A stretch of 47,573 bases of DNA from Terriglobia bacterium (lineage in GTDB: Bacteria; Acidobacteriota; Terriglobia; Versatilivoradales; Versatilivoraceae): positions 1-47,573 of the forward strand of contig DATKMG010000802.1 in the NCBI GenBank assembly GCA_035541995.1, read 5' to 3'. Positions within the stretch are counted from its first letter, which is position 1, and every line of letters starts with the position of its first letter. Position numbers and translations under genes: made by a program. Below are positions 18,239 to 27,084 of this stretch, piece by piece. The notes below the pieces were generated by a model. The model was not told where the DNA came from. It was given only the letters and a program-made list of their open reading frames with translations, and made no database searches.

Positions 18239-18948
18239 TGCGAACGATTGGTTTCTCAACTGGCGCTCTAGCCTATGCAGATTTCCGAGGTGGTGTAGGA
18301 ATGCTCCGTGGGAAGAGCATCCATGCCATTGAACTTTCTGCTTTGCGACAAAAGGAGCTCCTTCCGATGCTCCGAGGCCTTGACGAACTCGACTTGTCTC
18401 AATTCAACTATATTGCTGTTCATGCCCCAAGTGAGTTCAGCAAGGAGGACGAGAGGGAGATCGTGATGATGTTACTGACAGTCAGCCAACGGGGTTGGCC
18501 AGTCGTTCTGCATCCAGACACCATCCACGACTTCTCACTCTGGAGAGAATTGGGTAAATTGCTCTGTATTGAGAATATGGACAAACGCAAGCCGAGAGGG
18601 CGCACATCTCTTGAGCTTTCATACATCTTTAGCAGTCTGCCTGAAGCATCCTTTTGTTTCGACATCGCTCATGCGCGGCAAGTAGACAGCACAATGACTG
18701 AGGCCTACTTCATTCTTAAGGACTTCGGACCTCGACTCCGACAGCTCCATGTGAGCGAGGTGAACACGCGAAGCAAGCATGACCCCCTTTCTCTGGCATC
18801 AATTCTTGCGTTCCAGGAAGTGGCTGACCTGATTCCTGAGTATATACCCTTGATCCTTGAGACACCCGTTCCGGCCGAACAGATCGAGGCCGAAATGGAA
18901 CGGGCAAGGGAAGCATTGCCAGTACACGAACAGGCGTTTGCTTATTAA
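18238..18948 (+). CDS. Xylose-isomerase-like / endonuclease-IV-like TIM-barrel protein (AP_endonuc_2-type fold, inferred)
   Basis: The product starts IGFSTGAL. Spaced candidate metal ligands run VHAP, LHPD, IENM, FDIAHA, LHVSE, ILETP. GGAG lies 8 nt upstream of the ATG, which overlaps the NTase stop (TAATG). Confidence 0.68.
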   Translation: MRTIGFSTGALAYADFRGGVGMLRGKSIHAIELSALRQKELLPMLRGLDELDLSQFNYIAVHAPSEFSKEDEREIVMMLLTVSQRGWPVVLHPDTIHDFSLWRELGKLLCIENMDKRKPRGRTSLELSYIFSSLPEASFCFDIAHARQVDSTMTEAYFILKDFGPRLRQLHVSEVNTRSKHDPLSLASILAFQEVADLIPEYIPLILETPVPAEQIEAEMERAREALPVHEQAFAY

Positions 18949-19224
18949 TTCCTCGTAGTGCCCCCATGCCCCCTGTTCATTCACTGTGACATTTGGAGAA
19001 GCGTGTGAAAATTTTTACTTTCCCTGATTCACCACTTCCCCAGGTACAGTTCGCTGTTTACTGTTGAATGTTCGAGGCCAGTTTTTTCCTTCTTGATGGC
19101 TCCAAAGAAGATGCTTCCAAGATGATCCGCCGGTCCCGGATCAAGAGATATATGACAATAGACTATTGATCGTTGGCACTTCTTGGGGCGTATCATTCAT
19201 AAGTGAGAAAACTGGAGAACCCTT

Positions 19225-21132
19225 TCATTCATCCAGGACCGCCAGGGTTTTCTCCCATTCGCTATAAAGGCTCTCAAGGCGCTGTGTCAGTTCACGATGC
19301 TGATGGCTCAGCTTATGGAGTTGAAGAAAGTCACTGGCCAAAGCCGGATCGCTCATCTGACCGAGTGTCTTGTGGGCCAGTCCTTCGATCTCCCGGATCT
19401 CGTGTTCCAGAGAGGCGCACTGAGTCTTCAATCTGTTCAACTCGTTCTTGCTGAGTTTCTTTGCGCGGATTAGGGGGGAGGTGGAAGACTCTTCCAGCTT
19501 GACTCTTGGAGAACGGAGAGCGTAGGCCGTTTCTTGCGCCAATCCAGTCTCGAATTCGTGGTAGGTACCCTCAAACCAGCGACAGCCACCTTCTCCATCC
19601 AAGTAAAGGACTCGGTGGCAGATCCTGTTAATCAAATATCGGTCGTGGGACACGATGACTAACGTGCCCGGGAAATCTTGGAGAGCCGCTTCCAGAGCTT
19701 CGCAGGACGGGATATCCAGATGGTTCGTGGGCTCATCGAAAATCAGGGTGTTAGCCTTCCCAAAAATCAACTTGGCTAGGGCCAACCGGCTTTTTTCACC
19801 TCCACTCAACGAAGCCACGTTTTGAAAGACTTCATCTCCGCGAAAAAGAAAGCGGGCCAGATAACTCCGCAGGGTCTCGTCGCTCAGTAGAGGGGAAATG
19901 GACCGTATTTCGTCCAGAGCTGTGGCCGCAAGATCGAGTTGTTCCAACTGTTGGTCATAGAATGCCACCTCGACCTTGGGACCCACTTGGATCTCTCCGC
20001 GAAGCGGACGCGTCTTACCGAGGAGAGTCTTGACCAGCGTCGTCTTGCCTGAGCCGTTTGGGCCAATAACCCCCAACCGATCACCCCGGTAAAGATGAAA
20101 ATCAATTCCCTTCACCACAGGGGTCTCGTATCCGATTTCCAGTTCCGAAATGCGGAATACCAGATTGTGGCTCGGTCTGTCCATATCGAAGCGGAATCTG
20201 GAAGGAGTCGCATCCGAGGCTACCGGCTCCAGGCGCTCCAGCTTCCTCAGCATCTTCCTGCGCGATTGGGCCTGGCGGGCCTTCTGACCGGCCAGGTTAC
20301 GTTGGATGAAATCTTCAGTCCTATCGATGAGTTGTTGTTGAAACTCGTAAGCTTTCCGGTGCTGCGCGAGACGACCTTCGCGCTCCCTCACGTACCACGA
20401 GTAATTGCCGGGGTATTCTTCCACACGGTTATCGGCGAGTTCCAGAATTCGTTTGATCGTGGCGTCGAGAAAGTACCGATCATGGGAGATCACGATGCAG
20501 GCATGCGGGTAGTCGACAAGGAAGTTCTCCAGCCAGCGGACCGCAGGGATGTCCAGGTGGTTAGTGGGTTCGTCCAGGAGGAGAAGATTCGGCTCGACCA
20601 GCAGGAGTTTGGCCAAATTGACTCGGTTCTTTTCCCCACCGCTAAGCTGCGAAGCGTCTCGATCGAGATCGGGCCTTGAGAATCCCAGTCCAAAGAGAAC
20701 AGCCTCAGTCCTGGCTCTGTAATCGTACCCTCCCTCCACTTCCCATCGAGTCTGCGTCTGGCTGTATTGGTCGAGCAAGGATTGTACTTCGGGACCCCTG
20801 GCCTTCAGTTCGATTTCGGCTTCCAGGCGATTGATCTCTTGTTCCATTTCCTCTAGTCGTCGAAAAACGGAGAGGGCCTCGCCAAACAGGGTCTTCTCAG
20901 AATTCAGCCGTGCAATCTGCTGCATGAAACCGATGCGTAGGTGGGGATCACGTTGAATCTGTCCCTGGTCGGGTTCTGTTTCTCCCAGAATCAGGCGAAG
21001 GAGCGTCGTTTTCCCCACGCCGTTTCGTCCTACCAGACCCACCTTATCACCGGGGTTGATTTGAAACGTCACATCCCGGAAGAGTTCGTTTGACCCAAAA
21101 GCCTTACTGACTTGGTTTAGATTTACTAACAT
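19225..21132 (-). CDS. ABC-F family ATPase (two ABC domains, no TMD, C-terminal coiled coil)
   Basis: There are two Walker A motifs (GRNGVGKTT, GPNGSGKTT), two LSGGE signatures, and an inter-domain linker. Confidence 0.9.
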   Translation of the reverse strand: MLVNLNQVSKAFGSNELFRDVTFQINPGDKVGLVGRNGVGKTTLLRLILGETEPDQGQIQRDPHLRIGFMQQIARLNSEKTLFGEALSVFRRLEEMEQEINRLEAEIELKARGPEVQSLLDQYSQTQTRWEVEGGYDYRARTEAVLFGLGFSRPDLDRDASQLSGGEKNRVNLAKLLLVEPNLLLLDEPTNHLDIPAVRWLENFLVDYPHACIVISHDRYFLDATIKRILELADNRVEEYPGNYSWYVREREGRLAQHRKAYEFQQQLIDRTEDFIQRNLAGQKARQAQSRRKMLRKLERLEPVASDATPSRFRFDMDRPSHNLVFRISELEIGYETPVVKGIDFHLYRGDRLGVIGPNGSGKTTLVKTLLGKTRPLRGEIQVGPKVEVAFYDQQLEQLDLAATALDEIRSISPLLSDETLRSYLARFLFRGDEVFQNVASLSGGEKSRLALAKLIFGKANTLIFDEPTNHLDIPSCEALEAALQDFPGTLVIVSHDRYLINRICHRVLYLDGEGGCRWFEGTYHEFETGLAQETAYALRSPRVKLEESSTSPLIRAKKLSKNELNRLKTQCASLEHEIREIEGLAHKTLGQMSDPALASDFLQLHKLSHQHRELTQRLESLYSEWEKTLAVLDE

Positions 21133-21197
21133 GAGAAGAAACTAGCCGTCTCAAAAGACGGACATCCTCGACCAAAACCGAATTGGCAGGGGGCAAG

Positions 21198-21221
21198 AAA
21201 AAAGGGCAGCCGAAACTGCCC
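21198..21221 (-). terminator. Rho-independent terminator downstream of the S41 protease gene
   Basis: The minus strand reads GGGCAG-TTTCGG-CTGCCC followed by TTTTTT, 93 nt after the stop at 21314. Confidence 0.6.
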
Positions 21222-21313
21222 TCTGTGGTTCTTTCAACTTCTCGTGGAGGAGTTGTCGTCCAAACTCCTCCTGATTCGTGCCGATTGTGCCTATAGGTCC
21301 TATGGATCGGTAA

Positions 21314-22564
21314 CTAGGCTGCTTTTTGCCGTTCCACTGGAGAAGCAGTCAATATCTCGATGGCTTTCTTTAGCTGGCGATCCTCTTGTGTTTCCGGTTT
21401 GGCCTCGGTTCCAGAGGGGCTCTCGACCGAATCATCGTCGTCTGAAGATTCGATATCTCCTTTAAAGGCCTCCAGCCCGTCTTTCACCTCTTGGTCGGGA
21501 GCTACCCCATTGTCCTGAATGACCTTTCCGGATTGCGAATAGAATTTGGCCACCGAAAGCAAGACGGCAGTGTCATTGTCAAGGGGGAAAATCTTTTGCA
21601 ACGATGCTTTGCCGAAACTGCGGACCCCCACGACCTCCCCCCGCCGGTTCTCCTTGATGGCTGCAGCGACAATCTCTGCCGCCGCTGCACTTCCGTAATT
21701 CTGGAGCACAGCCAGGGGCTGCCGCGTGACGTTTTTCGTGGCATCGGCCACATATTCCCGCTTGACTGATTTCTGGCCTTGGGAGTACGCGATTACGCCA
21801 TGGTCCAGGAAAAGATTAGCTACCTTGATGCCCTCTTCGTACTCGTCGCCTCCGCAATTTCGGACATCAAGAATAAAACGAACAGCCCCGTTTTTAGTGA
21901 GATGCAATATTTTGCTGCGAATTTCTTCGCTGACTCCTGGAGTAAACCGGTAGACTTTTAGGTACCCTATTTTACTCTCAAGCAAAGTGGCTTTCACGGG
22001 AGGGATGCGGTCCTCCTCACGAACCAAACTCAAATCCAAAGGCTCGTTTCGACCTCGGCGCAGCAACTTCAATTTCACTGACGAGCCAACGGGACCCGTT
22101 AGCAAGGCTTCGGTTTGAAGCAGGCTGATGTCGCGAGTCGAGACGTCTTCAATCGATTCAATGACATCCCCCGCCTTGACACCAGCACGGGCCCCCGCAC
22201 AACCTTCTATTGGATGCACGACGTAAGCGTAACCCAGTAATTTCTCCTTGGAGAGATCCAGCCCGACATCTCCATTGCCATTGGTCTTGTGTTTCTTGTA
22301 GCGATCATATTCCTCAGCGGTCAAGAAAGCACTGTAAGAATCCAACGATTCCAGTAGGCCGCGCAAAGCACCGCGCATTACCTCAGTGATGTTGGGTTCT
22401 TCCACATAACTGGACCGAATCTTGGATAGCACTTCCTGGAAAACGGAGAGCTGCGAGTAGGCTCCTTCCTTGGCAGTTACTCGTCCAAGCAATCCCCCGA
22501 CCACTGCGTAAAATACGAAAATGGTCGATATCAGTATTAGAGAAAACTTGTTTCGATAACTCAT
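21314..22564 (-). CDS. Carboxy-terminal processing protease (S41 family, PDZ domain)
   Basis: The product has an N-terminal TM anchor, a PDZ region, the catalytic-Ser context NYGSAAAAEIVAAAIK and the Lys context SFGKASLQ. I chose the ATG at 22564 because GGAGGA sits just upstream. The ORF track begins at GTG 22585. Confidence 0.87.
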   Translation of the reverse strand: MSYRNKFSLILISTIFVFYAVVGGLLGRVTAKEGAYSQLSVFQEVLSKIRSSYVEEPNITEVMRGALRGLLESLDSYSAFLTAEEYDRYKKHKTNGNGDVGLDLSKEKLLGYAYVVHPIEGCAGARAGVKAGDVIESIEDVSTRDISLLQTEALLTGPVGSSVKLKLLRRGRNEPLDLSLVREEDRIPPVKATLLESKIGYLKVYRFTPGVSEEIRSKILHLTKNGAVRFILDVRNCGGDEYEEGIKVANLFLDHGVIAYSQGQKSVKREYVADATKNVTRQPLAVLQNYGSAAAAEIVAAAIKENRRGEVVGVRSFGKASLQKIFPLDNDTAVLLSVAKFYSQSGKVIQDNGVAPDQEVKDGLEAFKGDIESSDDDDSVESPSGTEAKPETQEDRQLKKAIEILTASPVERQKAA

Positions 22565-22855
22565 CGTTCCTCCAAACGGATCCACTATAAAAACACGATA
22601 TATTATAACAGATTCACTTCAATGAACATGAGATTCTCAGGAAACAGGATGTAATCCAAGGGTGGCTGGAGACGCCACACAACTGCGGCGTGTTGCCTCG
22701 AGCGGGGCAAGAAAGTCCTGCCTCCGCGGATTTGGAGTCCTTGCGACCCGCAGCAAGAGAACCGCCAAATATTAAGCCCTATCTGTCGCACGTTGAAGTA
22801 CGCTCCAGGCAATGCCCTCAGTGTGCCATGTTTCGGGCAGACAAGGTGGATTGTT

Positions 22856-24478
22856 TCAATTCGGAATGACCCATGGAATCCCGTAGGCGTATAACATGAC
22901 CAGGAGACCTACCAGTGTCGCCAATAAGATGCTATGTTTGAAGATTGCTTTGAATAGATCAGCCTCTTTGCCTTCTTGCTTAGTCGCGGCCGTGGCCACA
23001 ACGATACTCTGTGCAGCAATCATTTTGCCCATGACGCCTCCTGCGCTGTTGGCCGAAGTCATCAGGACCGGGCTTAAGCTGAGTTGTTCTGCTGTTACCT
23101 TCTGAAGATTACCAAATAGCGCATTGGAGCCAGCATCAGTGCCAGTCAGTCCGACTCCCACCCATCCCAGCAGCGTCCCGAAGAAAGGGTAGACCCACCC
23201 TGTATGGGTCAGGCTGAGGCCAATGATCGTGTCCGTTCCTGAATAGCGTGTGACGAAGGCGAGTCCTACCATGAAACAGATGGCCAACAGCGATGGGACC
23301 AACTGGCGGAAGGTCTTGCCAAACACCCTGAAAGCACTGCGAAAGGTAAGGCCCAATATCGGTACTGAAAGGAAGGCTCCGACAAACACAGCAGTTCCAG
23401 GCAATGCTAGCACGTTCAAATTCATTCTGGCCTCTTCTGGGATTGGACGAGGGACTGCCGGTGGAACTCTCATCACCACGTTGTGCAAGCCTGAAAGCGG
23501 AAAGGTCAATGAAGCGAAGCGAAGTCGCTGGTTGACTGATGGTAGGCCGGCCAAGAAGATACAGAAGGATGCTAAAATAAAAGGAGACCATCCCTTCAGG
23601 ATCGTCAGGAATGAATGACAATTCCCGTACCTCGAGGGAGTCTCAGGGTCGATTTCCATGGTGCGGGATGGCTTCCAGACCTTAAGGAACCCCACCATGA
23701 TCAGGAGAGTGCAGGTCCCCGACAAAATGTCGACTAGGCCCGTCTCCCCGTAGTTAGCCCACAAAAATTGCACTCCCGCGAAACAAGCTCCACTGACCAG
23801 CAATGCTGGAAAGACTTCCCGAGTTTGCTTCCAACTCACAGTCGTTCGCATGAGCCAGAGAGGAAGGATTAAGGAAAAAGGCGGGAGGATCCGACCCAGC
23901 ATGGCGTTGATCATGGGCTCTGACAAGCCGGTCACTCCCACTAAAACCCGCACTGGATTGCCTACGCCGCCCCAGGCCACCGGGGCCGTGTTCGCCAAGA
24001 GGCAAATGGTTGCTGCCTGAAAAGGGGGAAAACCAAGTCCGATTAAGAACGAGCCGGCGATTGCGACAGGGGCTCCTCCCCCCCCAGTGCCTTCCAGGAA
24101 TGCCCCAAAGCAGAAGGCAATTAAGATCATCTGGATTCGCAAGTCGGAGGAAACAGAGGCAATGGAATGCTTCATCACCTCAAACTGCCCGGTTTCAACC
24201 GCGATATTGTACAGGAAAATGGAAGAGATAATGATCCAGGCGATTTGTAGAAAGCCGAATACCACTCCGAGCCAGGCGGCCAGTGAGATCAACCCGCCAG
24301 GCATTTTCAACACCAGGCCAGCTACCAGGATTGCCGTGGCCATTCCACACATCGCGGAAAACCAGACGCGCTTTTTTAGTACCAGGAGGGCGAAGAATAG
24401 TACCAGGACCGGCAGTGTCGCCACTGCCGTTGACAAAGGCCAATCACCGAAGGGATCATAATTTTGATGCCAGTTCAT
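22856..24478 (-). CDS. L-lactate/glycolate permease (LctP family)
   Basis: The 540 aa polytopic membrane protein has the N-terminus MNWHQNYDPFGDWPLSTAVATLPVLVLF, typical of LctP/GlcA. Confidence 0.87.
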   Translation of the reverse strand: MNWHQNYDPFGDWPLSTAVATLPVLVLFFALLVLKKRVWFSAMCGMATAILVAGLVLKMPGGLISLAAWLGVVFGFLQIAWIIISSIFLYNIAVETGQFEVMKHSIASVSSDLRIQMILIAFCFGAFLEGTGGGGAPVAIAGSFLIGLGFPPFQAATICLLANTAPVAWGGVGNPVRVLVGVTGLSEPMINAMLGRILPPFSLILPLWLMRTTVSWKQTREVFPALLVSGACFAGVQFLWANYGETGLVDILSGTCTLLIMVGFLKVWKPSRTMEIDPETPSRYGNCHSFLTILKGWSPFILASFCIFLAGLPSVNQRLRFASLTFPLSGLHNVVMRVPPAVPRPIPEEARMNLNVLALPGTAVFVGAFLSVPILGLTFRSAFRVFGKTFRQLVPSLLAICFMVGLAFVTRYSGTDTIIGLSLTHTGWVYPFFGTLLGWVGVGLTGTDAGSNALFGNLQKVTAEQLSLSPVLMTSANSAGGVMGKMIAAQSIVVATAATKQEGKEADLFKAIFKHSILLATLVGLLVMLYAYGIPWVIPN

Positions 24479-24659
24479 TCACGGCGTCCTTATAGGAGCA
24501 GTGTCGTGGGAGGCAGCCGGGGTTGGTGGCTCCAACATCGATTAGATTGGAAAGTCTCGCTCGAAAGCTGTGGCAGTAGCCCAATGACTGAAGGTACTCT
24601 ACCCAAAACTTACTCGAATTGAAAGGACTAAAATCCCCTAAACACGGTAGAATCCTGGC

Positions 24660-25451
24660 ATGAGGAAACCTCGCATCTCGATTGTGTCGTACCTGAATTC
24701 CTACCCTCTTTCGTGGGGGTATATCTGGGGACGGCAGAAAGAACAATTTGAACCGGTATTCTCGTCGCCGTCGCAATGCGCAGACTGGCTGGCAGCCGGA
24801 ATGGTCGATGTGGGGTTGATTCCGGCCATCGAATACCAGCGGATCCCTTCACTCAAAGTGGTACCCGCACTCTCACTGGCCGCCAAGAAACAAGTCCGGA
24901 GCGTCCTCCTATTGAGCAAGCTCCCTGTCACACAGGTACGGACAGTCGCACTCGACAGCTCTTCGAGAACCTCGGTGTCTTTGCTTCAGATTCTCTTTCG
25001 CGACCGATTCCACCTCCAACCGGTTATGAACTCGGTTGCCCCGAATGTGGAGGTCATGCTTCAGACCCACGACGCGGCCTTGGTCATTGGTGACGTTGCC
25101 TTAAAGGCCAGCGATCATGGATTATTCAAGTATGATTTGGCTGAGGAATGGCGGGCCTTGACTGGCAAACCATTTGTCTTTGCTTTTTGGGGAGTACGAA
25201 AATCGAGTCAGATTTGCGACCCCTTCCCCTTCCTTGACTCCTTCCAACAAGGACGTGAACATCTTCAAGAGATTGTCAGCCAACAATCTATTAAACTCCA
25301 GCTTCCTGAAGAGTCTTTGTTGAGCTATCTATGCGATGCGATGAATTATAGTTTAGACGACGAAAATCTGGAAGGACTGGAATTGTTTTACCAGTCAGCC
25401 CACCGGTTGGGGCTGGTCAGTGAACTCAAAGACATAGAATTCCTTTCTTGA
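24660..25451 (+). CDS. mqnA: Chorismate dehydratase MqnA (futalosine menaquinone pathway)
   Basis: ISIVSYLNSYPL...G at the N-terminus and a periplasmic-binding-protein-like fold pattern match the MqnA/DUF178 family. Confidence 0.78.
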   Translation: MRKPRISIVSYLNSYPLSWGYIWGRQKEQFEPVFSSPSQCADWLAAGMVDVGLIPAIEYQRIPSLKVVPALSLAAKKQVRSVLLLSKLPVTQVRTVALDSSSRTSVSLLQILFRDRFHLQPVMNSVAPNVEVMLQTHDAALVIGDVALKASDHGLFKYDLAEEWRALTGKPFVFAFWGVRKSSQICDPFPFLDSFQQGREHLQEIVSQQSIKLQLPEESLLSYLCDAMNYSLDDENLEGLELFYQSAHRLGLVSELKDIEFLS

Positions 25452-25620
25452 ACATCCTATCGCTGTAAAGGCAAGCCTTCAGGTTGTGTCCTGGCTCGTC
25501 CAGATAAACCGATGCACTCGTAACAGCAGACTCTTATTGTTGAATGCCGGACACCAGGTATGTCACTCCTTCAAAAGGGGCTTGGCACATTATTTCTATT
25601 AGTGTGTAGGGAAGTGAAAG

Positions 25621-26181
25621 CTAGGCAGTGTCATCCGAGTCTGAGGGCTCGAGGATGAGTGTGAGGCGTGCGCCTTCTGGGATTGCCACTGGCTCGATGG
25701 GTTTGAAACAACCATTGCGGAACACTACCTTCACCCGGAAGGAATTGGGCGAACTCGGCTTCCGGGGTTGCGACGGGGACAAGGACTGGTCCATTGCCTT
25801 ATTCGCCAGCCGGTCTGCTTCACGGTTCCGGTCGCGGGGGATTTGTTGAATGGAGAAAGATCTTAGTTCAGCTATGAGCCGACATGCTCTGTGATGAAGT
25901 AGCTTCAACTCCGGGTTTTTTACATTGTAAGTGCCATTGATCTGGTTAACCAACAGTTCCGAATCGGAAAAAACCTGCAATCGGTCGATCTGGCCGGCAT
26001 GAGCAAATTCGAGGGCAGCAATTAAGGCGGAGTATTCAGCCTGGTTGTTGGTCCTGACCCCCAGCGGTCCTGACAGCTCTGCCATGAGGCGGCCTTGGTC
26101 ATCCAGCAGGTGCACACCATAGCCAGCGCAGCCGGGATTTCCCCTGGATCCCCCGTCAATATAAGCGGTACAAAGCGTCAA
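25621..26181 (-). CDS. rnhA: Ribonuclease HI fused to a C-terminal DUF104-like (AF2212-type) small beta domain
   Basis: YIDGGSRGNPGCAGYGV, NNQAEYSALIAAL and NREADRLAN mark the RNase H domain. The C-terminus FRNGCFKPIEPVAIPEGARLTLILEP is DUF104-like. I chose the TTG at 26181, with AAGGA 6 nt upstream and 5 nt after the upstream stop. The ORF stays open up to 26262. Confidence 0.82.
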   Translation of the reverse strand: MTLCTAYIDGGSRGNPGCAGYGVHLLDDQGRLMAELSGPLGVRTNNQAEYSALIAALEFAHAGQIDRLQVFSDSELLVNQINGTYNVKNPELKLLHHRACRLIAELRSFSIQQIPRDRNREADRLANKAMDQSLSPSQPRKPSSPNSFRVKVVFRNGCFKPIEPVAIPEGARLTLILEPSDSDDTA

Positions 26182-26185
26182 AGGA

Positions 26186-26920
26186 TCATCCTTGGCCAGA
26201 AGCCTCGTAGGGAGCGTCAACTTTCCAGTACAGAATTCGATCGCAGCTGTCACAGGCAACAATCGTCTCGCCCGACATGACTAAGCTTAAGAGATGGGGC
26301 CTGATTCGAACGTGGCAAGCTTGGCAAGATTCATCGACAGCCCGAGCCAGGGCCAATCCTTTCCTGAAACTGGCGATCTGCGTGTACCTGTCATATATTG
26401 CGGGATCGATTAATTCAACCAGACGGGTCCGATCCTCCTCAGCAGCGGCTAAGAGCTTGCGATCCTCTTCCACTTCGGTTTTCGCAGCCTTCTTTTCTCC
26501 ATCCACGGCATCTTGTTCCTTGGCCAACTGCCGTTCGATCTGGGTGACATCCCGCCGAATGCGCTCTTCCTCTTCCATGTTCAGCAGGATCTCGTCCTCG
26601 ACCTTGCGGACCTGATTGCTCCCAAACTCAATTTCATTGAGGAGAGACCGGTACTGTTCGTTGGTCTTCACCTCTGTCAACTGGCTTTTGTACTTGGAAA
26701 TCTTCTGTTCCAGATCCTGGATAGACCCTTCCAGCTTGCGTTTTTCCGAAGCCAGCTTTGTCAGTCGATCTTTGTGGGATTTGAGTTGCTGCTGGGTGCC
26801 GTTCAGTTTGCCCTCCAGTTCCGCCATTTTCACGGGCAACTGCTCGATGCGCTCTTCGTACTGTTTGATTAGAAGCTCTGTCTCTTGGAGTCGAATAAGT
26901 CTTTCGAGGTCTGGGTGCAT
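26186..26920 (-). CDS. Coiled-coil zinc-ribbon protein (COG1579/DUF164 family)
   Basis: A long heptad-rich coiled coil is followed by CQACHVRI...CDSCDRILY (C4 ribbon). Confidence 0.8.
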   Translation of the reverse strand: MHPDLERLIRLQETELLIKQYEERIEQLPVKMAELEGKLNGTQQQLKSHKDRLTKLASEKRKLEGSIQDLEQKISKYKSQLTEVKTNEQYRSLLNEIEFGSNQVRKVEDEILLNMEEEERIRRDVTQIERQLAKEQDAVDGEKKAAKTEVEEDRKLLAAAEEDRTRLVELIDPAIYDRYTQIASFRKGLALARAVDESCQACHVRIRPHLLSLVMSGETIVACDSCDRILYWKVDAPYEASGQG

Positions 26921-26941
26921 GATCCAAAACTACAGGTGAGG

Positions 26942-27018
26942 TGGTGGGCCCACTAGGACTCGAACCTAGGACTGCCCGGTTATGAGCCGGGAGCTCTAAC
27001 CAACTGAGCTATGGGCCC
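26942..27018 (-). tRNA. tRNA with CAT anticodon (elongator Met or lysidine-modified Ile2), CCA encoded
   Basis: The minus strand reads GGGCCCA-TA-GCTC-AGTTGGTTA-GAGC-T-CCCGG-CTCATAA-CCGGG-CAGTC-CTAGG-TTCGAGT-CCTAG-TGGGCCC-A-CCA. All four stems are fully paired and G1-C72 argues against an initiator. Confidence 0.92.
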
Positions 27019-27084
27019 CTTTCTGAAACGACAACAATAACACCCTATTGGTGGTTTGTCGAGATACGAACAGCTGCCAGTCAC

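Noticed and set aside
20095-20679. A 194 aa plus-strand ORF.
   Set aside because: It lies antisense to the ABC-F gene.
22640-22800. Several short GC-rich stems in the lctP-ctp spacer: GTGGC/GCCAC, CTGCGG/CCGCAG closing TTGCC/GGCAA, and CTCC/GGAG.
   Set aside because: The stems are only 4-6 bp, no known riboswitch core is recognisable, and by eye the pairing is no better than expected for GC-rich spacer DNA. A quick Rfam scan would be worthwhile, but this is not enough to report.
26277-26939. A cluster of plus-strand ORFs (112, 119 and 107 aa) and a second minus-frame ORF (26634-26927).
   Set aside because: All overlap the COG1579 coiled-coil gene. The repetitive GAG/AAG/CTG codon content of a coiled coil keeps alternative frames open. 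Only the 244 aa frame ends in a C4 zinc ribbon and has a coherent heptad pattern.
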